64,000 nucleotides of DNA from Sphingorhabdus sp. Its GTDB lineage: Bacteria > Pseudomonadota > Alphaproteobacteria > Sphingomonadales > Sphingomonadaceae. The position numbers and the translations under genes are program-made. Positions 30,571 to 40,687 of this stretch are shown one piece after another. Numbering within the stretch: the first letter of the stretch is position 1; every line of letters begins with the position of its first letter. Where the stretch lies: positions 1,358-65,357 of the forward strand of contig JBOFLS010000083.1 in assembly GCA_051657985.1 (NCBI GenBank), written 5' to 3'. The notes beneath the pieces are model-generated. The model searched no databases and had not been told where the DNA came from. It saw only the letters and a program-made list of their open reading frames with translations.

Positions 30571-31869
30571 TCAACTTACCAAGCGAACTGCAAAAGGGCT
30601 GTTAGGAGCTGAAGGCTGATCAGGCCATATCCCACGCGTATCGTAGACCATTTTATCCCTACGTTCGGCAAGCGGAATTGCCTTGAAAGCGTCATGATCG
30701 ACCAGCGGGATCAATATCTCGCAGTCGAGTAGCGCACTGTCTATATCAATCAGTCTTGCCTCGGTTGCATCGAATTCCACTGGAAGGGCTGTCGCATAAG
30801 GTTCTACGATGCGAACAGATGAACCGAATTTTTCGGCTAGTGCAGCAGCAACCTTCTTAGCCGGACTTTCACGAAAATCGTCGATATTGGCTTTGAAAGC
30901 GAGACCTAAAAGCGCGACCATCTTGCCAGGATTGGCTTCAATAAGTGCAGTCGCACACGACACGACATGATCGACTTTGCGATCATTGACTTCACGCGCG
31001 GTGCGGATCAGCGGCGTATGTTCGGGTGCCCCGTGGACAATGAACCAAGGATCGACTGCAATACAATGCCCGCCGACGCCGGGGCCGGGCTGCAGAATAT
31101 TGACACGCGGATGACGGTTGGCGAGACGAATGACTTCCCAGACATCCAAACCCATATGGTCGGCAACGATCGACAATTCGTTGGCAAACGCAATGTTAAC
31201 GTCGCGAAAGGCATTCTCGACAAGTTTGGTCATTTCCGCCGAGCGCGCATCGGTGGTTACGCACTCGCCGCGTACGAAACGTTTATAGAAAGAGAGGGCC
31301 TTGCGCGCGCATCGTGGGGTAATGCCTCCGATCGAACGATCGTTCGATATCAGTTCTTCGAGAATCTTGCCGGGTAATACCCGCTCTGGGCAATAGGCTA
31401 TCGCGACATCTGGAGTTTCGGCGGTTACGCCTGGAACCTTTAGGTCTGGACGCAGTCGCGCAATCAAGTCCTTTACCCTATCGGTGGTACCGACCGGTGA
31501 AGTTGACTCGACGATTACCGTATCACCTGTCTTCAGCACGGCAGCGATGCTGGTTGCAGCAGCAAGAACATAACTCACATCGGGTATATGGTTCTCACCG
31601 AACGGAGTCGGTACTGCAATTACAAAAACGTCGGCGGGTTCCACCATTATCGAAGCCCGCAGCAGTTTGCGTTGAACAACGCCTTGCACCAGGCCGTCAA
31701 GATCGACTTCCTCGATATGGATTTCACCCCGATTGATCGTATCGACCACATGGGTGCTTACATCCACGCCCAGGACTTGGCAGCCCGAACGGGCAATTAC
31801 CGCAGCGGTGGGCAAGCCGATATAGCCAAGCCCCATTACGCAAACATCGGGTTTCTTATCGGCAAGCAT
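30571..31869 (-). CDS. wecC: UDP-N-acetyl-D-mannosamine dehydrogenase
   Basis: GLGYIGLP, YCPERVLPG, KLVENAFRDVNIAFAN and GVGGHCIAVDP motifs; follows wecB. Confidence 0.92.
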   Translation of the reverse strand: MLADKKPDVCVMGLGYIGLPTAAVIARSGCQVLGVDVSTHVVDTINRGEIHIEEVDLDGLVQGVVQRKLLRASIMVEPADVFVIAVPTPFGENHIPDVSYVLAAATSIAAVLKTGDTVIVESTSPVGTTDRVKDLIARLRPDLKVPGVTAETPDVAIAYCPERVLPGKILEELISNDRSIGGITPRCARKALSFYKRFVRGECVTTDARSAEMTKLVENAFRDVNIAFANELSIVADHMGLDVWEVIRLANRHPRVNILQPGPGVGGHCIAVDPWFIVHGAPEHTPLIRTAREVNDRKVDHVVSCATALIEANPGKMVALLGLAFKANIDDFRESPAKKVAAALAEKFGSSVRIVEPYATALPVEFDATEARLIDIDSALLDCEILIPLVDHDAFKAIPLAERRDKMVYDTRGIWPDQPSAPNSPFAVRLVS

Positions 31870-32986
31870 TGGCTACCAGTCCTGATATTCTTATCGCAGC
31901 GTTGCCATCCCCGAAGGGATTGTGCGCGCGTGCCATTTGCGAATAGGCCGCTTCATCATCCAAAAGCGTAAATATTTCGGAAACTATACGGTTTTTGTCC
32001 GTGCCGACAAGCTTTGCCGTACCCGCTGTCACGCCCTCAGGCCGTTCGGTTGTGTCCCGCATCACCAATACGGGCTTGCCAAGGGCGGGCGCTTCTTCCT
32101 GTACACCGCCACTGTCTGTTAGCATGATATGGCTTATTGAGAGCAACCTTCCGAAGTGGGGATAATCGAGCGGTTCGATCATGGCGATCCTGGGATGGTT
32201 GCCAAGCCTAGCCTCCATCACTTTGCGAACATTCGGGTTTAAGTGAACAGGGAAGATAATGGCGACATCTTCTCGTGCTGCAATCTCATTCAGTGCGGAG
32301 GCTATGTTTTCCATTCCATCACCGAAATTTTCCCGCCGATGGGTCGTAACACCAATAATGCGCTTACCGGCAAATTCCTTTTCGATTTCGGCAAGTTTTG
32401 CGGCCAATTCAGGCTGTCGTTCGAGTTTCGCAGTTACCCAATGCAATGCATCGATCACGGTATTGCCAGTTATGAATATTCTTTCTTCTGGTATTGCCTC
32501 GGCCTGCAAGGCACTCGCGGACACTTCCGTCGGGGCAAAATGCTGATCCGCTATCGTACCAATGATCTTGCGGTTAACTTCTTCTGGCCAAGGCTGATAG
32601 ATATTGCGACTGCGCAAGCCCGCCTCGACATGGCTTACCGGAATTTTGCGGTAATAGGCTGCAAGGGCGCCAACCATAGCGGTCGCAGTATCGCCTTGAA
32701 CAATGACCCGTGAAGGTTTTTCCATATCCATGATTTCGCCGATGCCCGTTAAAAGCCTTGCTGTCAGCGTATCAAGTGTTTGATCGGGAACCATCACATC
32801 GAGATCATAGTCGGGCGTGATCTCGCCAATCTGTAGGACCTGATCGAGCATCTGCCTATGCTGTCCTGTTACCAAGACCCGGGTTACTAATGCGGGCTGC
32901 TGTCGAAGCGCATGCACAACAGGAAACAGTTTAATCGCCTCGGGACGAGTCCCAAAAACGACAAGAGTGGAAGGATCGGTCGACAT
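31856..32986 (-). CDS. wecB: UDP-N-acetylglucosamine 2-epimerase (non-hydrolysing)
   Basis: FGTRPEAIK, QGDT, HVEAGLR, HRREN, DSGGVQEEAP and NPFGDG motifs. Confidence 0.96.
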   Translation of the reverse strand: MSTDPSTLVVFGTRPEAIKLFPVVHALRQQPALVTRVLVTGQHRQMLDQVLQIGEITPDYDLDVMVPDQTLDTLTARLLTGIGEIMDMEKPSRVIVQGDTATAMVGALAAYYRKIPVSHVEAGLRSRNIYQPWPEEVNRKIIGTIADQHFAPTEVSASALQAEAIPEERIFITGNTVIDALHWVTAKLERQPELAAKLAEIEKEFAGKRIIGVTTHRRENFGDGMENIASALNEIAAREDVAIIFPVHLNPNVRKVMEARLGNHPRIAMIEPLDYPHFGRLLSISHIMLTDSGGVQEEAPALGKPVLVMRDTTERPEGVTAGTAKLVGTDKNRIVSEIFTLLDDEAAYSQMARAHNPFGDGNAAIRISGLVANACR

Positions 32987-33132
32987 GTCAGCGCCTTAAT
33001 CGCAATCCTGTTAATTTGAAACTAAAGCTAACATTCATACTTACTATCGTAGATTTTGACAAAATCGCACTGGAACCAGTTGGCGGCATCGTCTAGCAGG
33101 TCTTCAAAACCAGTTTCGGAAAACGAAAAAAT

Positions 33133-33846
33133 ATGAAGAATATTGTTCTGTCAGTTATCGCCTTGTCGTTTTTATCGGCTTGCGCAGGGTCTAATGCGCT
33201 TGGTGGTGCCTCCAATATAAATGTTATCCAAGGCAGCGAATTGCCTCCACCAGACCGTTCCGATCTTTTGGGCGAGGCACGACCCTATCTGATTGGTCCT
33301 TTTGACAAGTTGACGATCGATGTTTTCGGAATAGAGGAACTGAGCGAAAAAGAGGTGCAAACGGATGCTAGCGGACGCATATCTTTTCCTTTAGCCGGGA
33401 TCATCGAAGCGGCCGGCAAGACGCCTGGCGAGATCGAGGATGAAATTGAGGATCGCTTGCGTTCGCGCTATGTGCGTAGCCCCCAGGTTACGGTCAATCT
33501 GAAGGAAACGGTCAGCCAGGTTATCACCGTGGATGGGCAGGTGAAGAAGCCTGGTCTTTATCCCGTGATCGGCAAAATGACACTTATGCGTGCAGTGGCG
33601 ACGGCAGAAGGAGTCGCAGAATTCGCAAAGCTGAATGACGTAGTCATATTTCGCACCGTAAAGGGACAACAGCTTGCCGCGCTTTACGATCTGAAAGCCA
33701 TTCGTCGGGGTAATTATTCAGATCCCGAAGTGTTTGCGAACGATGTTGTGGTAGTAGGCGACTCACAAGCGCGGCGCTTGTTCCGTGATGCGTTGCAGGT
33801 CGTGCCGCTATTGACCACACCGCTGATCATCGCGTTGCAAAATTGA
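33133..33846 (+). CDS. Polysaccharide export outer-membrane lipoprotein (Wza/OPX family, short form)
   Basis: Lipobox FLSAC, Poly_export domain (Y.IGPFDKL.IDVFG, G.ISFPLAG.I.AAGKT), SLBB domain (V.GQVKKPGLYP). Confidence 0.88.
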   Translation: MKNIVLSVIALSFLSACAGSNALGGASNINVIQGSELPPPDRSDLLGEARPYLIGPFDKLTIDVFGIEELSEKEVQTDASGRISFPLAGIIEAAGKTPGEIEDEIEDRLRSRYVRSPQVTVNLKETVSQVITVDGQVKKPGLYPVIGKMTLMRAVATAEGVAEFAKLNDVVIFRTVKGQQLAALYDLKAIRRGNYSDPEVFANDVVVVGDSQARRLFRDALQVVPLLTTPLIIALQN

Positions 33847-33863
33847 TCGGGTTCTAGGCTTGA

Positions 33864-34556
33864 TTAAGCTGTGGGCATTTCCAGTGCATAGCCTGCGGAA
33901 CGTACTGTACGGATCAGGTCTGCTGTTCCAGGCAAGTTGATCGCTTTCCTCAGGCGCCGAATATGCACGTCGACGGTGCGCAGATCTATGGCACTGTCAA
34001 AGCCCCAGACCGCGTCCAACAGTTGATCACGCGACAAGACCCGGTTCGGACGTTCGAGAAAATGTTTGAGAAGGCGAAATTCGGTCGGACCAAGATGAAC
34101 CGGTTCGCCGCAACGTTTTACACGATAGGAAACAGGGTCCAGCTCAAGATCCGCAAAGACCATGACATTATTTGACAGCGCCGGTCGGCTTCTGCGTAGC
34201 ACCGCTTCTGCGCGAGCGAGTAATTCGCGCGGCGAAAAAGGTTTTGTAATATAATCGTCCGCGCCGGTTTTCAGACCGCGAATTCGATCTTCTTCCTCCC
34301 CCCGGGCTGTCAGCATGACGATAGGGACCGATGCGGTTTCGCTCTGCTTGCGCAGCTGGCGACATATTTCGATGCCCGATACGTTTTCGATCATCCAGTC
34401 GAGAATTATCAAATCGGGCAGCTGCTCCTGAACCATGACCAGTGCCTCTTCGCCATCGCCGGTCTGGCGGACGTCATACTCTTCCTTGTTGAAAGTCCAC
34501 ACGAGCAATTCAGCAATGGCGGCTTCATCTTCGACGATCAGGACTGAGGGTTTCAC
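33864..34556 (-). CDS. phoB: Phosphate regulon response regulator PhoB
   Basis: Receiver domain (LDWM, GADDYITKPFS) plus OmpR wHTH (RTVDVHIRRLRK); follows phoU. Confidence 0.95.
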   Translation of the reverse strand: MKPSVLIVEDEAAIAELLVWTFNKEEYDVRQTGDGEEALVMVQEQLPDLIILDWMIENVSGIEICRQLRKQSETASVPIVMLTARGEEEDRIRGLKTGADDYITKPFSPRELLARAEAVLRRSRPALSNNVMVFADLELDPVSYRVKRCGEPVHLGPTEFRLLKHFLERPNRVLSRDQLLDAVWGFDSAIDLRTVDVHIRRLRKAINLPGTADLIRTVRSAGYALEMPTA

Positions 34557-34573
34557 CCTTTGACAACTCCTTC

Positions 34574-35245
34574 TTACACACTGTCTTGTTCGGAATGATA
34601 CATGCCCGTCGCGGCAAAATAGACCATTTCGGCGACGTTGGTTGCATGATCGCCGATACGTTCGAGGTTGCGAGCGACGAACAGAAGTTGGGCTGCGCTG
34701 CTGATCGTGGCCGGGTTTTCCATCATGTGTGCCACGAGATTGCGAAAGATGCTGTTATAGAAATTGTCAACTTTCTCATCGCGGTCGATCACCTGTACAG
34801 CCAGCGCGGAGTCCCGCGAACCATAGGCATTCAGCACATCGCGTACCATCGACTGGGAAATTTCCGCCATTGCCGGAATCAACGTCAGGGGCTCGAATTT
34901 CGAGGCCCGTTCCATCTGGGCGACGCGTTTGGCGATATTTTTCGCATAGTCTCCGATCCGTTCGACGACGCCGGAAATCTTCAGTGCCGCGATGACATCA
35001 CGCAGATCGTCGGCCATCGGCGCGCGCAAGGCGATGATGCGGATGGCAAGACGATCAACCTCCGCCTCAAGCGCATCAAGCTTTGCATCATTTACTACGA
35101 CCTGTTTTGCCTTATCATGATCGTGGCGGATCAGCGCCTCGATCGCATCGGCGATCGCTACCTCGGCCAAACCGCCCATTTCGGCGATAAGCCCGCGCAA
35201 CTGACCTATATCGGTGTCAAAGGCCTTGACGGTATGTTCAGACAT
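34574..35245 (-). CDS. phoU: Phosphate signalling protein PhoU
   Basis: P.A.DLR, ERIGDYAKNIA and LERIGDHATNVAE repeats. Confidence 0.96.
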   Translation of the reverse strand: MSEHTVKAFDTDIGQLRGLIAEMGGLAEVAIADAIEALIRHDHDKAKQVVVNDAKLDALEAEVDRLAIRIIALRAPMADDLRDVIAALKISGVVERIGDYAKNIAKRVAQMERASKFEPLTLIPAMAEISQSMVRDVLNAYGSRDSALAVQVIDRDEKVDNFYNSIFRNLVAHMMENPATISSAAQLLFVARNLERIGDHATNVAEMVYFAATGMYHSEQDSV

Positions 35246-35256
35246 GGAGGAAATCC

Positions 35257-36021
35257 TTATCCATAGCGACCGGTAATATAGTCCTTGGTACGCTCTTCGC
35301 GCGGATTGGTGAAGATTGTCGATGTATCGTCATATTCCACAATCTTTCCCAAATGAAAGAAAGCGGTTTTCTGCGAAACGCGCGCGGCCTGCTGCATGGA
35401 ATGGGTCACGATGACAAGAGCGTAGCGACTCTTCAGTTCGTCGATCAATTCCTCGATCCGCGCCGTGGCGATAGGATCAAGTGCGGAGCAGGGTTCGTCC
35501 ATCAGGATGACTTCAGGACTTACGGCAATTGCGCGGGCGATGCAAAGACGCTGTTGCTGCCCTCCTGAAAGCGCGGTACCCGCCTCGTTAAGACGGTCCT
35601 TCACCTCCTCCCACAATCCCGCTCGGCGCAGAGATTTTTCTACAATCGCGTCCATATCGGCTTTTGTCGGTGCAAGGCCATGGATGCGCGGACCATAAGC
35701 GACATTTTCGTAGATCGATTTGGGAAAGGGATTTGGTTTCTGAAACACCATGCCAACGCGTGCGCGCAGTTGCACCACATCCATCCGGTCGCCATAGATG
35801 TCTTCGCCGTCAAGCTCGATATCACCGGTTACGCGGCAGCCGGGAATGGTATCGTTCATGCGGTTCAGGGTACGTAAAAAAGTCGATTTGCCGCAGCCCG
35901 ATGGACCGATGAAAGCCGTCACGTTTTCGGTTGCGATGTCGATCGATACATTGTCGATCGCTTGCTTGGCCCCATAGAACACGTCTACACCACGCGCTGC
36001 GATTTTAAGGACTTCGGTCAT
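35257..36021 (-). CDS. pstB: Phosphate ABC transporter ATPase
   Basis: [25 protein letters not shown] and DEPCSALDP motifs. Start placed at ATG 36021. Confidence 0.96.
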   Translation of the reverse strand: MTEVLKIAARGVDVFYGAKQAIDNVSIDIATENVTAFIGPSGCGKSTFLRTLNRMNDTIPGCRVTGDIELDGEDIYGDRMDVVQLRARVGMVFQKPNPFPKSIYENVAYGPRIHGLAPTKADMDAIVEKSLRRAGLWEEVKDRLNEAGTALSGGQQQRLCIARAIAVSPEVILMDEPCSALDPIATARIEELIDELKSRYALVIVTHSMQQAARVSQKTAFFHLGKIVEYDDTSTIFTNPREERTKDYITGRYG

Positions 36022-36025
36022 AGGT

Positions 36026-36907
36026 CTACCAACGTGTTTCGAACTTGTTGCGCAAATAGATCGCAAGGCCGTTCATAGCGAGAAGGAATGCAAGAAGGAC
36101 GATGATCGCTGCCGATGTATTTTGCACGAAACCCTGATCGATTTCATCGGACCAGAGGAAAATCTGCATCGGAAGAACGGTAGCCGCATCGGTTACGCCC
36201 TCCGGCGGGGCAGCGGCGAACATGCGCATGCCGATGATAAGCAACGGTGCGGTCTCACCCAGTGCACGGGCCATTCCGATAATCGTACCGGTAAGGATGC
36301 CGGGCAGGGCAAGGGGAAGCACATGATGAAAGACCGTTTGAACTTTGCTCGCTCCGATGGCGAGTGCCGCATCGCGGATCGAAGGCGGTACGGCATTGAT
36401 TGCGTTACGGCCGGAAATGACAATCACCGGCATTGTCATCAACGCCAGCGTCATACCGCCTACAAGCGAAGAAGAGCGCGGTAACCCCATGAATTGAATA
36501 AAGATCGCCAAGCCGAGCAACCCGAAGATGATTGAGGGCACGGCAGCCAGATTGTTGATCGAAACCTCGACCCATTCCACCCAGCGTTTCTTGGGAGCAA
36601 ATTCTTCCAGATAGATGGCAGCGAGTACACCCATGGGAAATGACAGGGTAAGGGTTACCGTCATTGTCAAAAGCGAGCCTTTAAACGCACCCCAGACACC
36701 CGCATTGGCCGGATCGGTCGAATCCGAACCGGTCAGAAAGGCCCAGTCAATGCCAACGATGCCGTTGCGGACCATTACAAAAAGCAGAAACGCTAAAAAA
36801 CCAAGCGAAAGGGCAATGGCCGCGATCCCAACCGCCTTGAATCGTTTCTCAGCCGCATAACGACGTTTTAGCCGTGCGCTTGCTTCGGGCGATTGCCAAT
36901 TACTCAT
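36026..36907 (-). CDS. pstA: Phosphate ABC transporter permease PstA
   Basis: [12 protein letters not shown] and [10 protein letters not shown] motifs; operon position. Confidence 0.94.
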   Translation of the reverse strand: MSNWQSPEASARLKRRYAAEKRFKAVGIAAIALSLGFLAFLLFVMVRNGIVGIDWAFLTGSDSTDPANAGVWGAFKGSLLTMTVTLTLSFPMGVLAAIYLEEFAPKKRWVEWVEVSINNLAAVPSIIFGLLGLAIFIQFMGLPRSSSLVGGMTLALMTMPVIVISGRNAINAVPPSIRDAALAIGASKVQTVFHHVLPLALPGILTGTIIGMARALGETAPLLIIGMRMFAAAPPEGVTDAATVLPMQIFLWSDEIDQGFVQNTSAAIIVLLAFLLAMNGLAIYLRNKFETRW

Positions 36908-38279
36908 AAGCCTCCCGGAAACGCTTTACGACACGCAACGCGACGATGTTGAGAATCAGGGTTACGACGAACAGCACCAAGCCAAGTGCAAAAGCGGAAA
37001 GCGTAGCGGGATGATCGAAATCCCCATCCCCTGTCAGCAGCCTTGCGATCTGATAGGTAACCGTAGTCATGCTCGCGAAAGGATTGGCCGAAAGATTTGC
37101 CGCCGCACCTGCCGCCATATAAACGATCATCGTTTCGCCGATAGCACGGCTGATTGCCAGCATGATCCCCGCGACGATGCCGGGCAGGGCGGCAGGAATC
37201 ATCACCTTTTTGATCGTTTCGGATGGCGTCGCCCCCATTGCAAGCGAACCGTCGCGCATCGATTGAGGCACTGCGGCGATACTGTCGTCTGCCATTGAGG
37301 AGACGAAAGGAATGATCATGATTCCCATAACCAATCCTGCCGCCAGTGCGCTTTCGGTCGTAGGATTGTCGATACCGATAAAGCCTGCAAAATCGCGCAC
37401 CATGGGCGCAACGGTAAGCGCGGCGAAATAGCCGTAAACGACCGTTGGCACTCCGGCGAGGATCTCAAGCAGGGGCTTGGCCCATCTGCGAAACTGCGCC
37501 GAAGCATATTGACTTAGATAGATCGCACTCATCAGACCGAACGGAATGGCGACGATCATCGCGATGACGGCACCGATGAAGAGCGTACCCCAGAAAAGCG
37601 GAACCGCACCCAGCTTTTCACCCATTTCGGGCGTTACCGGAGCGAACGGATCGGGGTTCCAGTTAAGGCCAAAGAGGAAATCGATAGGGCTGACATAGCT
37701 GAAGAAACGTATCGTTTCGAATATAAGCGAACCGATAATTCCGATCGTCGTCAATATCGCAACAAAGGATGCAAGCAGAAGAATCGCCAAAACGCCGCGT
37801 TCGACCTTGGTCCTTGCCGGAAAATCGGCTTTGATACGCGTATAACCATAGGCCCCACCTGCCAGGGCAAGAACAAAAACAAGCGCTGCCCCGATCCAGT
37901 TGAATCGCCACAACATCGCCTGGATCGGTTTGACCAGCCCAGCGGATTCAGGGCGGAAGGCACCCATGCCATCGTTAAGCGCTGCATTCCATGCCTCGTC
38001 GATGATGGCGGCACGTTCCATATCCATCGCAGGAAGGTTTGCCGCTGCCGGATCCGACAGGATTGCTGCGTGGATCAAGCCAGGCGTCACGGCATTCCAG
38101 ATCAACCAGCCGATCAGCGCCGGAATGACCACCCAAAGCGCCATATGCCACCCGTGCTGATTGGGCAGGGCCCGCAAAGAGCCCCGGCCCGTGAAAAGCG
38201 CCTGTGCTTTCGCACGGGCGCTCCACCATGCAATGGCACCAAGCGCCAACAACAGGAGAGATGTTATCGTTGGTGCCAC
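36900..38279 (-). CDS. pstC: Phosphate ABC transporter permease PstC
   Basis: LAGVPTVVYG and SRAIGETM motifs, N-terminal extension; operon position. Confidence 0.94.
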   Translation of the reverse strand: MAPTITSLLLLALGAIAWWSARAKAQALFTGRGSLRALPNQHGWHMALWVVIPALIGWLIWNAVTPGLIHAAILSDPAAANLPAMDMERAAIIDEAWNAALNDGMGAFRPESAGLVKPIQAMLWRFNWIGAALVFVLALAGGAYGYTRIKADFPARTKVERGVLAILLLASFVAILTTIGIIGSLIFETIRFFSYVSPIDFLFGLNWNPDPFAPVTPEMGEKLGAVPLFWGTLFIGAVIAMIVAIPFGLMSAIYLSQYASAQFRRWAKPLLEILAGVPTVVYGYFAALTVAPMVRDFAGFIGIDNPTTESALAAGLVMGIMIIPFVSSMADDSIAAVPQSMRDGSLAMGATPSETIKKVMIPAALPGIVAGIMLAISRAIGETMIVYMAAGAAANLSANPFASMTTVTYQIARLLTGDGDFDHPATLSAFALGLVLFVVTLILNIVALRVVKRFREAYE

Positions 38280-38288
38280 CGGTCGGGC

Positions 38289-39329
38289 TTATTTCAAGCT
38301 AGCAGGATCCATCAACGTCATTGACGCGACGATCTCTTCGTTCTTCCTACGAACATCGTCAGGAGCGATGACCATGCCTTTTTTCTTCAATGCGCCATCC
38401 GGACCCCACATTTTGGGCCATTGGGCAACGAATTCCTTGAGACCCTTTACCGCGTTCAAATGCGCTTGCTTCACATAGATATAGAGGGGGCGGGCACCGG
38501 GATAGCTGAAATCCGAAATTGCCGCATAGGTCGGCGCAACACCTGACATTGGAATGCCTTTCAGGACATTCATATTCTCTTCAAGGTAGGAAAAGCCGAA
38601 AACGCCGATGGCTTTGGGATTGGCGGAAATTTTCTGCACAATCAGATTATCCGCCTCGCCTGAATCGACATAGGCTCCATCCTCACGGACGCCGGTGCAG
38701 ATTTTCTTGTGCTCGTCCTTGTTGCTGTCCTTTAGAGCTTTCATCGCCGGATCGCTTTCGCAACCCTTGGTCAGGATCAGTTCGGCCAGCGCATCGCGCG
38801 TACCGCTGGTCGAGGGCGGACCATAGACAAGGATCGGAATGGCGGGAAGCGCAGGGTTTACGTCGTTCCAGTTTTTCGCGGTTTGCGGTTTGCCGAACGG
38901 ATTTGCGGCAAGTGCCTTGTACACATCTTCGGGGGTCAGTTTCATGTCCGGCCCGCCCTTGGCTTCGGCAAAAGCGATACCATCAAGACCCACTTGAATT
39001 TCGATGATCTTGTCAACTCCCGACTTTACGCAATCCTCATGCTCGGATTTCTTCATCCGGCGTGATGCATTGGCGATGTCTGGATGCTGCGACCCGATGC
39101 CGGCACAGAACAGTTTCATGCCCGCACCGGTGCCGTTCTGCTCGACCTTTGGAGCCTTTACGCCGGTCTTCGCCGTTTCTTCGGCAACTGCCGCGGCGAA
39201 ATGATAGACAGTGGATGATCCGACCGCCCAAGCATTGTCACGCCCGCCGCCAGAACCACCGCCGCTGCCACAGGCTGCAAGCGCAAGGCTTGAAATTGCC
39301 GTTATGGCGAAAACTTTAACTGAACGCAT
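38289..39329 (-). CDS. pstS: Phosphate-binding lipoprotein PstS
   Basis: Lipobox LAAC, GSSTV, GTGAG, ASRRMK, SGTRD and YPGARPLYIY motifs. Confidence 0.93.
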   Translation of the reverse strand: MRSVKVFAITAISSLALAACGSGGGSGGGRDNAWAVGSSTVYHFAAAVAEETAKTGVKAPKVEQNGTGAGMKLFCAGIGSQHPDIANASRRMKKSEHEDCVKSGVDKIIEIQVGLDGIAFAEAKGGPDMKLTPEDVYKALAANPFGKPQTAKNWNDVNPALPAIPILVYGPPSTSGTRDALAELILTKGCESDPAMKALKDSNKDEHKKICTGVREDGAYVDSGEADNLIVQKISANPKAIGVFGFSYLEENMNVLKGIPMSGVAPTYAAISDFSYPGARPLYIYVKQAHLNAVKGLKEFVAQWPKMWGPDGALKKKGMVIAPDDVRRKNEEIVASMTLMDPASLK

Positions 39330-39365
39330 ATTCGCACCCCTCTTTGCATGAGATATGGAGCCGCT

Positions 39366-39394
39366 ACGTCAGTTTCGTGACGCTTTTGTGACAA
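39366..39394 (-). promoter_or_regulatory. Pho box upstream of pstS
   Basis: Minus strand TTGTCAC-aaaa-GCGTCAC-gaaa-CTGACGT: three 7-mers at 11-nt period resembling CTGTCAT, 36 nt upstream of the pstS start. Confidence 0.8.
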
Positions 39395-39502
39395 AAGCTC
39401 AAGCGTTAAATCAGCTATCCGGAACTCTGGGCAAGCAAGACCTGTCAAATAGGCTTTCGACACAACAGAATGATAACGAGATCGGAAGAAAAATCTTTTA
39501 TT

Positions 39503-40687
39503 TCAACTTTGAATTCCCACAGCGCCATCGGCGATCATTTTCTCGATCAGGTAATCGGGATAGCCAAGATCATTCAGTATCGATAGGGAATCCTGCCCCG
39601 CCACAGGAAGCGAAACGGAAGCGTTCGGTCTTGTATCACCAAAGACAAGCGGCAGGCATGGCAGCATTGTTTTGCTACCATTTGATAGCGTAACGGGTTC
39701 CAAACCCTTCGATACAGCCAGATGCGGATCTTCAAACAGCTCTTCAGGCTTACCGATAGGGGCAAAGGGCAGTCCCGTTCCTTCAAGTTTGGCAATGATT
39801 TCGGCGCTGGTATAATCCGCAATCAGTTTGCGGATCGGCGGTAAGATGCGTTCGCGGGCCAGGACGCGATCGTTATTCTTACGAATGCTCTGATCGGCCC
39901 ACAGATCGTCCAGACCGAAAAGCACGCAGAATTTTTCCCACAGGGAATCGGTGACGACACCGATGAAGACCGGATCGTCCTTTGTTTCAAAAACATCGTA
40001 GATTGCCCAAGCTGAGATGCGCGCCGGCATTGGTGCAGCCGCTTTGCCGGTAACGGCGTATTGCGCCATATGCTGACCGACAAGATACACGGTGGTTTCG
40101 AACAGGGAGGCAATGACTTTCTGCCCCTTGCCGGTCCGGTGGCGTTCCTCAAGCGCGGCAAGAATGCCGATTACGCCGAACATACCGCCGGTAACGTCGA
40201 TAACGCTCGCACCCGCGCGCAGGGGTTTGCCTGGTGGCCCGGTCATGTACGCAAGTCCACCCATCATCTGCGCGACTTCGTCCAGCGCCGTGCGCTCTTC
40301 ATAGGGGCCAGGCAAAAAGCCTTTTTCCGAACAATAGATCAGGCGAGGATTGGCTGCGCTGAGTGTCTCGTAATCGAGGCCCAACCGATCGAGCGCGCCA
40401 GGGCGGAAATTTTCAACAAGGATATCGGCACGCGCGCATAATTTATGTGCAACATCGATCCCCCCTTCGGATTTCAGATCGAGGCAGATCGATTGTTTAT
40501 GCCGGTTATACATGGGGAAATAGCCTGCACCCGATCCAAGCAGGCGTCGGGTCTGATCGCCGCCGATCGGTTCGATACGGATCACCTCAGCCCCAAGGCT
40601 GGCCAATATATGCCCAACGGCCGGACCCATCACCATATGGGTGAATTCGACAACGCGTAGGCCTGAAAGGGGGGTGGGCAGGGTCAT
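39503..40687 (-). CDS. Class III (CaiB/BaiF) CoA-transferase
   Basis: LSGLRVVEF..MVMGP, ENFRPG, NPRLIYCS and catalytic Asp in ALDEVAQMMGG. Confidence 0.92.
   Translation of the reverse strand: MTLPTPLSGLRVVEFTHMVMGPAVGHILASLGAEVIRIEPIGGDQTRRLLGSGAGYFPMYNRHKQSICLDLKSEGGIDVAHKLCARADILVENFRPGALDRLGLDYETLSAANPRLIYCSEKGFLPGPYEERTALDEVAQMMGGLAYMTGPPGKPLRAGASVIDVTGGMFGVIGILAALEERHRTGKGQKVIASLFETTVYLVGQHMAQYAVTGKAAAPMPARISAWAIYDVFETKDDPVFIGVVTDSLWEKFCVLFGLDDLWADQSIRKNNDRVLARERILPPIRKLIADYTSAEIIAKLEGTGLPFAPIGKPEELFEDPHLAVSKGLEPVTLSNGSKTMLPCLPLVFGDTRPNASVSLPVAGQDSLSILNDLGYPDYLIEKMIADGAVGIQS

Noticed and set aside
33011-33095. TTAA-N7-CTAA CtrA-like site and GGCGGCATCGT ops-like sequence upstream of the wza-like gene
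   Set aside because: Both have mismatches to consensus, ops/RfaH control is not established for this lineage, and the downstream unit is a single gene.
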